Assembly (NCBI GenBank): GCA_051013385.1
Contig: CP143273.1
Location: 1,408,001 to 1,472,000 of the forward strand
Source of the DNA: Phormidium sp.
GTDB lineage: Bacteria; Cyanobacteriota; Cyanobacteriia; Cyanobacteriales; Aerosakkonemataceae
Length of the DNA: 64,000 bases
Direction: 5' to 3'
Shown: positions 41,714 through 51,744 of the stretch, in pieces
How the letters are laid out: the number at the start of each line of letters is the position of its first letter
How positions within the stretch are numbered: the stretch's first letter is position 1
Position numbers and translations under genes: made by a program
Notes under the pieces: generated by a model
The model's input: the letters and a program-made list of their open reading frames with translations, nothing else
Told to the model about the DNA's origin: nothing
Database searches by the model: none

Positions 41714-44700
41714 ATGAAGTTATACCTTTTCGTAATTAAGCTTTTTAGTAGCAACACATTACTTTTTATCATAACTTCAATGCCAACAATGGCACAAGTT
41801 ATTCCAGATGCTACTTTGCCGAACAATTCTTTAGTTATCCAACAGGGTAATACCAGCATAATTGAAGGAGGAACGAGGGCGGGTGGCAATCTATTTCACA
41901 GTTTTAGCGAGTTTTCTGTTCCCAATGGTGGGGAAGTATTTTTCAACAATGCTGTGGATGTGCAAAATATTTTGAGTCGGGTTACTGGGGGTGCAATTTC
42001 TAATATTGATGGGTTGATTCGGGCAAATGGTGCTGCTAATTTATTTTTACTTAATCCGAATGGAATTATTTTTGGTCAGAATGCTAGTTTAAATATTGGT
42101 GGTTCCTTCATAGCTTCTACTGCGAGTGGTTTAAGGTTTGCCGATGGCACTTTTTGGAGTGCGAAAAACCCGCAATCTACACCTTTACTAACTGTTAGTG
42201 TGCCGATCGGTTTACAATTTGGAACTAATGCCGGAAGTATTGTTAATCGATCGCAAACACCAAGAAATGATGCTTTAACTTTCTCTGGATTGTCGGTACA
42301 ACCGGGCAAAACTTTAGCGTTAGTAGGAAATGGAATAACGCTGGAAGATGGAGGTTTGACGGTACTAAATGGGCGCGTTGAGTTGGGTAGCGTTGGTGAC
42401 TCAAGTTTGGTTGGATTAAATGCGATCGACCAAGGTTTTGCTTTAAGTTATGAAAATGTGCAAAACTTCCAAGATATTCAATTATTATCGCAAAGCTTAA
42501 ATTCTTCAGTATTTGGCGAAAATGTCCAGCTACAAGGTAGACAAATCATACTTAAAAATAGTCCTGATTCTCTTGATTCTTCACAGATTCGCTATCAAAA
42601 AGATTTAAATTTAAATGCTTCAGAATCAATAGAAATTAGCGGCAAAAGTATTGTCGGTTCTGCTACTGTTGATGAGCAAGCTGTGGGAAGTTTGACGATC
42701 GCAACCGGAAGTTTAACTATTCGTGATGGAGCAACTGTATCTGCTAGTTTAGGCGGAAGTATCACTGTGAATGCTTCCAAGTTTGTTGAAGTAAACGGTT
42801 TAGGTGAAGACAATAATTTTAGCAGATTATCAACTAATACTTCTGATGATATTCCTGGGGGAAATTTAACGATTACCACCAGAGAATTAACTGTAAAAAA
42901 TGGAGGAAAAGTTCTTACTTCTACTTTTGGTAGGACAGATGCAGGAAATATAATTATTAAGGCAACTGACTCTGTAAAAGTGAGTGAAGGAGGCGGGATT
43001 TTCGCTTTAACTGAACCCGAATCTACAGGGAATGGCGGCAATTTAACAATTGGAACAGGGCGTTTGGAAGGAACTGCGATCGCCACCCAAAGCTACGGAC
43101 AAGGTTTTGCTGGAAAATTGACTATCAATACTGTAGAACCTTTGCCAGAGGTAATAGAAAGAGGAATTATTCCCGATCGCACTCTCCCCATCAACTCCAC
43201 TGTAAAAGCAAGTTTCAACGCCACATTAATTGAGGGAGGAACACAAGTAGGAAATAATCTATTTCACAGCTTTGAACAGTTTTCCTTATCCACAGATAAC
43301 ACCGCTTATTTTAACAACAATTTAGATATTCAAAATATTTTCACTAGAGTAACAGGTAATTCCATTTCTAATATTGATGGTGTAATTCAAACCAATGGAA
43401 CTGCTAATTTATTTTTACTCAATCCCAACGGAATTATTTTTGGGAAAAATGCCTCGTTGAACATTGGCGGTTCATTTTTGGCAACTACAGCAAGTAACCT
43501 TTTATTTGCTGATGGTAAAGAGTTTAGCGCAACTGCTACTCAAACCACACCTTCCCTATCAATTAGCATCCCAACAGGCTTACAATTTAGTAACAATCCA
43601 GGGGAAATTGTCCATCAATCTACAGGGGAAACAGTTAATCAATTAACTGGTATTCGTAACAATGGTTTCCGCGTGCGAATCGAGGAAAATTTAGCATTAA
43701 TCGGCGGTAACGTGACATTAGATGGCGGTAATTTAAAAGCTATAAATGGCAGAATTGAATTAGGAGGATTAGCAGAATCAGCAACAGTTTGGTTAAATTT
43801 TGATGGCAATAATCTGCGATTAAATTATCCTAATGTTGCTTTAGGAAATGTATTTCTGAATCAAGCAGAAATTAGAGTTGATAATGACTTAAATAGTAAG
43901 GAAACTGGCGTTATTCGAGTTACGGGTAAGCAAATTAAAGCCTCTGATTCAGATATAGAATTTTACACAGATAAACCCGGAGAATTAGTCATTCTTAATG
44001 CTTCTGAATCTGTAAATATTATCGAGCAATCTAGAATTCAAATTGGCAGAAGTGGCAAAGTAGAAGGTAAAGTGGGAGATTTGATTGTTAACGCTTTAGA
44101 TTCAGTACAGTTAAAAGATAGCAGTTTGAGGAACGATGCCGATAGTGGAGGAAACATCAGCATCCAAACAGGAAAGCTAATTCTTATAGGAGAAAAAAAT
44201 CGTGCTTGGATAACAACTTTGAGTAGAGAACAACAAGGGGGAAATATCAAAATTAATGCTTCAGAATCCGTTGAATTAATTGGTTTAACTCAAATCACTT
44301 CTCAAACTTTTGGTATTGCCAGAGATAGACAAAGCTCTGCCACAGTCGGACAAGGTGGAAATATAACCATTAACACTAATAGATTGTTGATTCAACCCTT
44401 AGATAAATTCGGGATAATCACAACTTCTTCTACAGGTGGTGTTACGATTGATGAGCCTTTCACGCAAATTGGTAAAGCGGGTAATTTGACGATAAATGCT
44501 ACACAAGAAGTCGTATTAGATGGTAGAGCTAGATTATTAACTTCCACTGACACAAAAGGAAGTGCGGGAGATTTAACCATTCAAACTAGAAATTTAATAG
44601 TCAAAAATGGAGCACAGATCATAGCTGGGACTAACAGCGATGGTGCTGGAGGAAATTTAATCATAAAGGCAAGAGATTCTGTAGAAATTAGGGGAAAGTC

Positions 44701-45715
44701 AGCTAATAATTTAACTAGTAGTGAGTTGGGTGCAGGTAGCGGATTTAAGCTTGATAACAACTTAAGAATTGCGGGAAAGGGAACTGCTGGAAACATCAAT
44801 ATTGAAACTGGGCGATTGATTGTGCGCGATGAAGGTAGAGTTACTGTAAGTAGTTTAGGCGAGGGAAAAGCAGGTTCAATTAATGTTAAATCTAACTCCA
44901 TCTTTTTAGACAATCAAGCAAATTTAAAAGCTGATACTTCAGGAGGCGGAGGCGAAATTAATTTGAATGCAACTACCTTAATATTGCGCCGAGGTAGCAA
45001 CATTACTACCAACGCTACCGGAGTTGAAATACCCGGTGGTAATATTAATATTAATTCCGGCGTATTAATCGGTTTAGAAAATAGTGATATTACTGCTAAT
45101 GCCGAAGATGCAAAAGGAGGTAAAATTCAAATTGCAACTCAAGGTATTTTTGGTACAGAACTTCGCACTAGAGAGCAATTAGAAAGCTTTTTAGGCTCAG
45201 ATACCGTTTTAGATCCTAGCCGACTTTCTTCTAGCGATATTACTGCTTTTTCCCAACGCGAAGGGCCAAATTTACAAGGTACGATCGCCATTAACACCCC
45301 TGATATAGATCCCAATTCTGGATTAGTTGAATTACCCCAAAATTTAATCGATCCAAGTCTTTTAGTAGACAAAAGTTGTTCTCCTCAACAAGCACAAAGT
45401 ACATTTATAATTACTGGGCGTGGTGGTTTACCAACTCCCCCAAATGAAGCGCTTAATGCTGATAGTATTTGGGAAGATTGGCGGATCACATCTGATAGCA
45501 AAATTACCAGAGAATTAAATTCAAATACTAGTAAAATTTTAGAAAGTACCAATCAAAAACTAGAAACTATTGTCGAAGCCCAAGGATGGTACCAAGATGC
45601 TCAAGGCAATATAATCTTGACAGCACAAACTACTTCTGTAACACCTCAAGGCAGTTGGTTTAATTCTCCCAATTGCCCAGCAACAACTAAAGATTACTCT
45701 TCTAAGTTGCCATAG
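41714..45715 (+). CDS. TpsA haemagglutinin with two TPS domains
   Basis: TPS domain at the N-terminus and again from about 43166 (IIPDRTLP...NLFHSFEQFS...NPNGIIFG). Confidence 0.9.
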   Translation: MKLYLFVIKLFSSNTLLFIITSMPTMAQVIPDATLPNNSLVIQQGNTSIIEGGTRAGGNLFHSFSEFSVPNGGEVFFNNAVDVQNILSRVTGGAISNIDGLIRANGAANLFLLNPNGIIFGQNASLNIGGSFIASTASGLRFADGTFWSAKNPQSTPLLTVSVPIGLQFGTNAGSIVNRSQTPRNDALTFSGLSVQPGKTLALVGNGITLEDGGLTVLNGRVELGSVGDSSLVGLNAIDQGFALSYENVQNFQDIQLLSQSLNSSVFGENVQLQGRQIILKNSPDSLDSSQIRYQKDLNLNASESIEISGKSIVGSATVDEQAVGSLTIATGSLTIRDGATVSASLGGSITVNASKFVEVNGLGEDNNFSRLSTNTSDDIPGGNLTITTRELTVKNGGKVLTSTFGRTDAGNIIIKATDSVKVSEGGGIFALTEPESTGNGGNLTIGTGRLEGTAIATQSYGQGFAGKLTINTVEPLPEVIERGIIPDRTLPINSTVKASFNATLIEGGTQVGNNLFHSFEQFSLSTDNTAYFNNNLDIQNIFTRVTGNSISNIDGVIQTNGTANLFLLNPNGIIFGKNASLNIGGSFLATTASNLLFADGKEFSATATQTTPSLSISIPTGLQFSNNPGEIVHQSTGETVNQLTGIRNNGFRVRIEENLALIGGNVTLDGGNLKAINGRIELGGLAESATVWLNFDGNNLRLNYPNVALGNVFLNQAEIRVDNDLNSKETGVIRVTGKQIKASDSDIEFYTDKPGELVILNASESVNIIEQSRIQIGRSGKVEGKVGDLIVNALDSVQLKDSSLRNDADSGGNISIQTGKLILIGEKNRAWITTLSREQQGGNIKINASESVELIGLTQITSQTFGIARDRQSSATVGQGGNITINTNRLLIQPLDKFGIITTSSTGGVTIDEPFTQIGKAGNLTINATQEVVLDGRARLLTSTDTKGSAGDLTIQTRNLIVKNGAQIIAGTNSDGAGGNLIIKARDSVEIRGKSANNLTSSELGAGSGFKLDNNLRIAGKGTAGNINIETGRLIVRDEGRVTVSSLGEGKAGSINVKSNSIFLDNQANLKADTSGGGGEINLNATTLILRRGSNITTNATGVEIPGGNININSGVLIGLENSDITANAEDAKGGKIQIATQGIFGTELRTREQLESFLGSDTVLDPSRLSSSDITAFSQREGPNLQGTIAINTPDIDPNSGLVELPQNLIDPSLLVDKSCSPQQAQSTFIITGRGGLPTPPNEALNADSIWEDWRITSDSKITRELNSNTSKILESTNQKLETIVEAQGWYQDAQGNIILTAQTTSVTPQGSWFNSPNCPATTKDYSSKLP

Positions 45716-45727
45716 GAGAAGCAAAAT

Positions 45728-48361
45728 ATGAAACGGTTTTTACGATTATTCATTCTGGCAATTTTCGGATTAATTTTAAGCCTAAGTATTCATCAAGGTT
45801 TTCCTGCAAAAGCTCAACTAACTGTGGCTAACAATTCAACTTTAACCTTGGTGCAAGCTGGCAAAAGTTACTACGATGCAGGGCAATTTTTGGAAGCAGT
45901 ACGCAACTTACAACAAGCTGCCCAAATTTATGAACGGAATGGGGAGAAAATTAAACAAGCACAAACTTTAAGCTGGCTGGCTTTAAGTTATCAAAAATTA
46001 GGAGATTGGCAAGCTGCTACTGCTGCGATCGAGAAAAGCCTTTCATTATTAAACTCAACAAGCGACAAAAACGAACAAGTTATCGCTCAAGTTTTGAATG
46101 CTCAAGGACGTTTGTTATTAGCTACAGGAAAAGCTGAAAGTGCTTTAGAAACTTGGCAAAAATCGACAGTTTTATATGCCAAAGTTGGTGATGAAATTGG
46201 GGTACTGGGTAGCCAAATTAATCAAGCTGAAGCAATGCAAGCTTTGGGATTACATAGACGTGCAGAAAAACTGTTTGCGGAAATCGAAAAAACGCTAAAA
46301 GCACAACCCGATTCTTTTCTGAAAGCGACTGGTTTACGTAATTTGGGAAAGGTGCTACGATTGGGGGGATCTCTTGATGAATCTCAGAGAATTTTGGGTT
46401 TAAGTTTAGCGATCGCCCAAAACCTACCCAACTCCACTCAAGCCCAAAGTGAAACCTTATTAAGTTTAGCAAATACAGAAAGAACTTTAGCCAAAAGAGC
46501 CGAAAATATCCAAGATATCCCCACAGCTGAAAAACACATTCAAGCTGCGTTAGAGAAGTATGAAAAGGCTGGTGCGATCGCAACTTTACCTCTCACCCAA
46601 ATCCAAGCAAAACTTAATCAACTAAGTTTACTGATCGAAACCAATCAAACATCTAATCTGCAACCATTATTATCTCAAATTTTCTCTCAAATTAACAGCT
46701 TACCTCCTAGCCGAGAATCAATTTATGCTGCTGTCAACTTAGCAGAAAACTGGTTAAAAATAAAAAATGAATTTGCAACTTTAGTCAACTCCCAATCTAT
46801 TGAAACAATCTTAGAAACTGCCGAAAAACAATCCGATAAATTATCAGACAAAAAAGCTCAATCCTACGTTTTGGGAACCTTGGGTAAACTATCCGAAAAA
46901 GAGCAAAATTGGGCAAAAGCCAAAAACTTTACTCAAACAGCATTACTACTCGCCCAACAGATTAACGCTCCAGATATTACTTATCAATGGCAATGGCAAC
47001 TAGGGCGTTTCTTTCAAAGTAGCTTTAACCAAAATGCTCCAAATAAAGAAGCGATTTCTTACTATACAGAAGCCTTTAACACCTTAAACAATTTACGCAG
47101 CGACTTAGTTTCTCTCAATCCCGAAATTCAGTTCTCTTTCCGAGAAAACATTGAACCAGTTTATCGAGAATTAGCCAGTTTACTTTTACTTTCTCCCAAT
47201 CCAAGTATTGATAATCTAATTAAATCTCGCAATGTAATGGAAGCGCTTCAATTAGCCGAAATTAACAACTTCTTTCGAGATGCTTGTGCTACAGCAGAAC
47301 CAGTAAATATTGATGAATTAGATCGACAAGCGGCAATTATTTATCCAATTATTCTCAAAGAAAGGTTAGAAATTATTGTTAAATTGCCCGGAAGAGACAA
47401 CTTACGGCACTACAGCACAAATATATCTGAAATTCAAGTGGATAATGCAGTGGAACAACTGCTAACTTCTCTGACTAAGCGCAGTACCAGCTTGAGTAAA
47501 ATTAAAAAAGATTCCCAACAAATTTATGATTGGTTAGTTAAACCTTTGGTAACTGACTTAGAAAATAGTGCTAATCAAAAATCAATCAAAACTTTAGTAT
47601 TTGTCTTAGATGGCTCATTAAGAAATATTCCCCCTGCTGTTCTTTTTGATGGTGAACAATATTTAATCGAAAAATATGCTGTAGCTGTTACTCCTGGGTT
47701 ACAATTAATTAATCCCAGACCTTTATCTAGAACAAATCTCAAAGCAATTATTGCCGGAGCTTCTAATGCCCCTAGTTTTCAGGCAGAAGGACTTAGCCCG
47801 ATCGATAATGTAAGTATAGAATTAGCCACAATAAGAGAACATATTCCCGAAAGCGAGAAGTTAGAAAATCAAAATTTCCAACAAGAAAAAATTGAGACTG
47901 TAATTAATTCTGCTCCCTTTAATTTAGTACATATTGCCACTCATGGTAAATTTAGTTCCAATCCAGAAGATACTTTTCTGTTAGATTGGAACAAGCGGAT
48001 TAAAGTTAAAGATTTCGATAATTTGCTGCGACTAAAAAAGTCAAATGAACCAAATTCTCTAGATTTGCTTATTCTCAGCGCTTGTGAAACAGCCGCAGGT
48101 GATAAACGAGCGGCTTTAGGATTAGCAGGAATTGCAATTAGAGCGGGAGCAAGCAGCACTTTAGCCACATTATGGCAAGTTAACGATGCTTCTACAGCTG
48201 AATTTATGGCTCTGTTTTACCAACAATTAAACAACCCACAAATTAGCAAAGCTTCGGCTTTGCGAAATAGCCAAATTGCTTTTTTAACCAAGTACCCCGA
48301 TGCAGATTATAATCGCCCTTATCATTGGGCGGCTTTTACTCTTGTCGGGAATTGGTTGTAA
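45728..48361 (+). CDS. TPR-CHAT (caspase-like) protease
   Basis: N-terminal hydrophobic signal, TPRs, HIATHG and LSACETA His/Cys dyad, PYHWAAFTLVGNWL. Confidence 0.93.
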   Translation: MKRFLRLFILAIFGLILSLSIHQGFPAKAQLTVANNSTLTLVQAGKSYYDAGQFLEAVRNLQQAAQIYERNGEKIKQAQTLSWLALSYQKLGDWQAATAAIEKSLSLLNSTSDKNEQVIAQVLNAQGRLLLATGKAESALETWQKSTVLYAKVGDEIGVLGSQINQAEAMQALGLHRRAEKLFAEIEKTLKAQPDSFLKATGLRNLGKVLRLGGSLDESQRILGLSLAIAQNLPNSTQAQSETLLSLANTERTLAKRAENIQDIPTAEKHIQAALEKYEKAGAIATLPLTQIQAKLNQLSLLIETNQTSNLQPLLSQIFSQINSLPPSRESIYAAVNLAENWLKIKNEFATLVNSQSIETILETAEKQSDKLSDKKAQSYVLGTLGKLSEKEQNWAKAKNFTQTALLLAQQINAPDITYQWQWQLGRFFQSSFNQNAPNKEAISYYTEAFNTLNNLRSDLVSLNPEIQFSFRENIEPVYRELASLLLLSPNPSIDNLIKSRNVMEALQLAEINNFFRDACATAEPVNIDELDRQAAIIYPIILKERLEIIVKLPGRDNLRHYSTNISEIQVDNAVEQLLTSLTKRSTSLSKIKKDSQQIYDWLVKPLVTDLENSANQKSIKTLVFVLDGSLRNIPPAVLFDGEQYLIEKYAVAVTPGLQLINPRPLSRTNLKAIIAGASNAPSFQAEGLSPIDNVSIELATIREHIPESEKLENQNFQQEKIETVINSAPFNLVHIATHGKFSSNPEDTFLLDWNKRIKVKDFDNLLRLKKSNEPNSLDLLILSACETAAGDKRAALGLAGIAIRAGASSTLATLWQVNDASTAEFMALFYQQLNNPQISKASALRNSQIAFLTKYPDADYNRPYHWAAFTLVGNWL

Positions 48362-48374
48362 CATTGCCAGCAAT
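48349..48374. repeat. 26-bp exact direct repeat, copy A
   Basis: GAATTGGTTGTAACATTGCCAGCAAT, also at 49339-49364. Confidence 0.95.
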
Positions 48375-48502
48375 TGATGCTAGTGCAATATTGGGTCTGA
48401 CGGCATAATGGGGTAAAATATAGTTTAGGATAAATTTTATCCCATTAACGATAATGCAATTTTGGCAGAATTTTTCATCACCAATATCAACAGAAAAGCA
48501 AA

Positions 48503-49246
48503 ATGTCACATATAACTAATCCCATCACTCAAGAAATTTCCGATCGTTCCCATAAAATCTTCAACCAGCACTGGGAAATATATCAAAAAGTTTTTTAGCA
48601 AAATTATATGAAACATCAAGAAATAGGTGATACACTACACCATTTCTTAGTCAATAATTTTCAAAATTCATTTAACCTACTTGACCTTGGCTGTGGCGAT
48701 GCTAGTTTATCTGCTGAAGTTTTATCTAATACTATGAATGCCTCCTACCAAGGTGTAGACCTCTCTGAATCAGCTTTGAATATTGCTCGTACTACGATGA
48801 AAACTATTCCGGGGGAACATAGCTTCGTCCAAAATAATTTTATCAACGTTGTAACTGAATTAGCTCGCAATCAGACCGAAAAATTTGATGTTATTCTCAG
48901 TTCCTTTTCACTCCATCATCTCAGTAGCGAAGAAAAGGACTATCTGATTGGTCAGCTTGTTCAGATTTTAAAAGAAAAAGGTGTTTTTATCCTAGTTGAT
49001 ATTGTTCTTAAAGAACAAGAAACCAGAGATAATTTCCTAAAACGATATCTTAATTATGTATTAACCGAATGGAATTTAATCACTCCTGAAGAATATATGG
49101 TAATTGAAAATCATATAACTTCTAGTGATTTCCCCGAAACTCAGGAAACTTTCCAAGTATTAGCTAAAAAACATAATTTTAGCCGCTTAGAATGTCTCCA
49201 TCTAAATCCGTTATATACTGAACAAATTCTCTGCTTTTACAAGTAA
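48503..49246 (+). pseudogene. Class I SAM-dependent methyltransferase with in-frame TAG at 48596
   Basis: ATG 48503 is in frame with ORF 48608: ...FNQHWEIYQKVF*QNYMKHQE; LDLGCGD, SSFSLHHL. Confidence 0.7.
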
Positions 49247-49331
49247 CTAACTGAGCCTTTATTAGCGCGATCGCAATCTCTTCGGTTTCAGACACCCAGC
49301 TTCTAGGAGAAACTGGGTTTATTTGTTAATT

Positions 49332-50123
49332 TTAAGGAGAATTGGTTGTAACATTGCCAGCAATCGGTTCTTTTGCCAAAGTTTGTAAACCGATATTGCG
49401 ATCGCTCAACAACTCAACCCAAATTTTCTCAACTTCCGCATTTTGCGATCTATTTAATCGCAGTTGAGCTAATTCAGTTAAAGCATCATACCAGATACTA
49501 TTTTGTGCATAAGCTGCTATTTTTTCTAAAGGATTTTGTGCAGATTTTAAGGCATTTTCCAGATTGCTAGAAGGTGAAACTCGTCGCACTATCCCAGTCA
49601 CAGAAGCAGGAGCAGTTCTAGCTGTTCTTTGTGTATTAGGGCAATTAATTTCAAAGTACCAACGGTAAGTTTTTCCCACTTCCAGAGGTTTTACAGTTGC
49701 AGGAAGAGTGACGCTAACAATTCCTGGGGTAGCTGTTAATTGAAAGCGACTTCGATAAACATCTTCATCCCCATCTTGCAAGGAAAACTCCCCGCTAGGT
49801 GCTTCCTCTGAAGTATAGGGTATATAAACCCAAAAAGTAGGGCGTTCTTTAGTAGTTAACTCCAAATTGTTAGCACCAACCAAAGCCGTTAGCGGCGGAT
49901 TATCCTGTTTATATAAACAGTTACCACGACTACCAGTTCCTTGGTTAGTTCGCGGTGTTCCCCTATCTGGCGGATCTGGATTTGCCAAAATAAAACGAAT
50001 TTTTATTTTGTCAGCGTTATTTGTACTTACTTGCTCGGTTTGGGCAAGGGATGGCGGTAGACTAATTACTGCACTTATTAGTACACAGCTAATCAAAAAT
50101 ACTGGCTTCAATTTGCTATACAT
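49332..50123 (-). CDS. DUF928 domain protein
   Basis: Signal peptide, GTGSRGNC, PTFWVYIPY, LEVGKTYRW, IWYDAL. Confidence 0.92.
   Translation of the reverse strand: MYSKLKPVFLISCVLISAVISLPPSLAQTEQVSTNNADKIKIRFILANPDPPDRGTPRTNQGTGSRGNCLYKQDNPPLTALVGANNLELTTKERPTFWVYIPYTSEEAPSGEFSLQDGDEDVYRSRFQLTATPGIVSVTLPATVKPLEVGKTYRWYFEINCPNTQRTARTAPASVTGIVRRVSPSSNLENALKSAQNPLEKIAAYAQNSIWYDALTELAQLRLNRSQNAEVEKIWVELLSDRNIGLQTLAKEPIAGNVTTNSP
49339..49364. repeat. 26-bp exact direct repeat, copy B
   Basis: Identical to 48349-48374. Confidence 0.95.
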
Positions 50124-50205
50124 AGGCTAGTTTTAAAGTAGCGATCTATACTATCAAAATGATATGCCCAGATCCCCGACTTCTTCAAGAAGTCGGGGAT
50201 CTCGA

Positions 50206-50955
50206 TCAACATTTTAGTTTTTGCAGTGCTTGTTCAATTGCAGATGCAGCCAGTGGAGCCATAATGTCATAGCCTTTGGTGTTAGGATGTAAGCCATCAT
50301 CTGCTAGATCTGCCCTTAGCATTCCCTGTCGATCGAGCATTTGGCTGTAATAATCGAGGTAAATGTGATTCTGTTCTAGACAGTAGCGTTGCAGCCAATC
50401 GTTGAGGGCGCGAATTTTAGTGGGTAGATGTATTGGCGATCGCGCGATCGAATTATAGTCATTAATGGGTAAAACTGAAGCAAAAATAACTTGAATTTGG
50501 TTAGCTTGCGCGAGTTCTGCCATTGAAGCATAGTTATCTTCAATCATCGCCAATGTCACCAAACCTGTGTTACCTGCGATATCATTTATTCCGGCTAAAA
50601 TTACCACCACTTTTGGTTTAAGCGCAATCACATCGGGGCGAAAACGAATTAACATTTGCTGCGTAGTTTGCCCAGCAATCCCGCGATTAATGTAAGGTTT
50701 GTCAGGGAAATATTTGGCTAAATCCCAAAATTCAGTAATCGAATCCCCAAAAAAAACTATCCGATTTTCATTCATATTCGGAGGCGGAAGTAATGCGTTA
50801 GCTTGATGATAAAAGCCTAGTTCTGCCCAATCAGTTAATCGATGATTTAGTTTCTCAAGTTTTCGTATTGGCAGCCGAGACAAAGCTGGAGAAATCCAAT
50901 CAAACAAAATCCATTCTTTGATGACAACAGTTGCAATACGAAAAGCACGTTTCAT
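50206..50955 (-). CDS. SGNH/GDSL hydrolase
   Basis: FFGDSIT, NRGIAG, AGIND, DGLHPN. Confidence 0.92.
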   Translation of the reverse strand: MKRAFRIATVVIKEWILFDWISPALSRLPIRKLEKLNHRLTDWAELGFYHQANALLPPPNMNENRIVFFGDSITEFWDLAKYFPDKPYINRGIAGQTTQQMLIRFRPDVIALKPKVVVILAGINDIAGNTGLVTLAMIEDNYASMAELAQANQIQVIFASVLPINDYNSIARSPIHLPTKIRALNDWLQRYCLEQNHIYLDYYSQMLDRQGMLRADLADDGLHPNTKGYDIMAPLAASAIEQALQKLKC

Positions 50956-50998
50956 AAATTCAAGTATTTTCCTCTGTTTGGTTCAATGTATCATTAAA

Positions 50999-51742
50999 TT
51001 ATATAGACAATTGAGTTGCTTTCATTCCACCAAACAAAGCTATCTCTAAAACTTTAAAGTAACAATCAACATTGATAAACCCGATTTCTTTCAACCATTC
51101 ACATTGAATTTCTAAAGGTGCTAATATATTCGCTACTTTATCAGGTCTGTGGTAAAATTCTTGAGCAATATCTTCTCGGCTTTTCCCTGATTCATTGCGT
51201 TGATGGAACTCATACAACGAGTCGATAAAAACCTCAGAAAAAGCTGTTTCCAACCATTTACTAGGCGATAGAATATGTTCTAAATTCAAGAATAAACCGC
51301 CTGGTTTTAGCAAACTATAAATTTCCTGATAAATTTCCCTTTTCCGTTCATCAGTTTGGTGATGAATTGCAAAACCGGAAACGATTAAATCAAAATTTCC
51401 TTGACTTTCTACAGCATTTATCCAATCTTTAACGCCAAAATCTTGAGAAATAAACTCTGCATTTTGACTATTTCCCAGTTTGCTTTTAGCTGCGGCTAAC
51501 ATTGTTTCGGAAAAGTCCAAAAATACCCCTTTAGCAGTTGGGTATTTAGCCAAAATTGCTCTCCCTAAAACACCATCACCGCAACCTAAATCTAAAAAAC
51601 TTTCGACTTTTGGCAGAGCTAAGTTTATAATTTTTAGCATCAAATTAATTTGCTCTGCTGCCAGGGGAATACCTCCGCGTACTCCTTCGAGAAAAGTTTG
51701 GGCTAATTGGGCATTTTGCCAAGCGGTATCTGTTCTAGTCAT
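50999..51742 (-). CDS. Class I SAM-dependent methyltransferase
   Basis: LDLGCGDG, SGFAIHH, LKPGG. Confidence 0.9.
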   Translation of the reverse strand: MTRTDTAWQNAQLAQTFLEGVRGGIPLAAEQINLMLKIINLALPKVESFLDLGCGDGVLGRAILAKYPTAKGVFLDFSETMLAAAKSKLGNSQNAEFISQDFGVKDWINAVESQGNFDLIVSGFAIHHQTDERKREIYQEIYSLLKPGGLFLNLEHILSPSKWLETAFSEVFIDSLYEFHQRNESGKSREDIAQEFYHRPDKVANILAPLEIQCEWLKEIGFINVDCYFKVLEIALFGGMKATQLSI

Positions 51743-51744
51743 AG

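Noticed and set aside
39216..45372. Many minus-strand ORFs inside the TpsA genes
   Set aside because: Antisense shadows of Gly/Asn/Ile-rich coding sequence with no recognisable motifs.
39184..48361. Contact-dependent inhibition (CdiA/CdiI) locus
   Set aside because: No VENN motif, C-terminal toxin or small immunity gene; the C-termini are conserved rather than variable.
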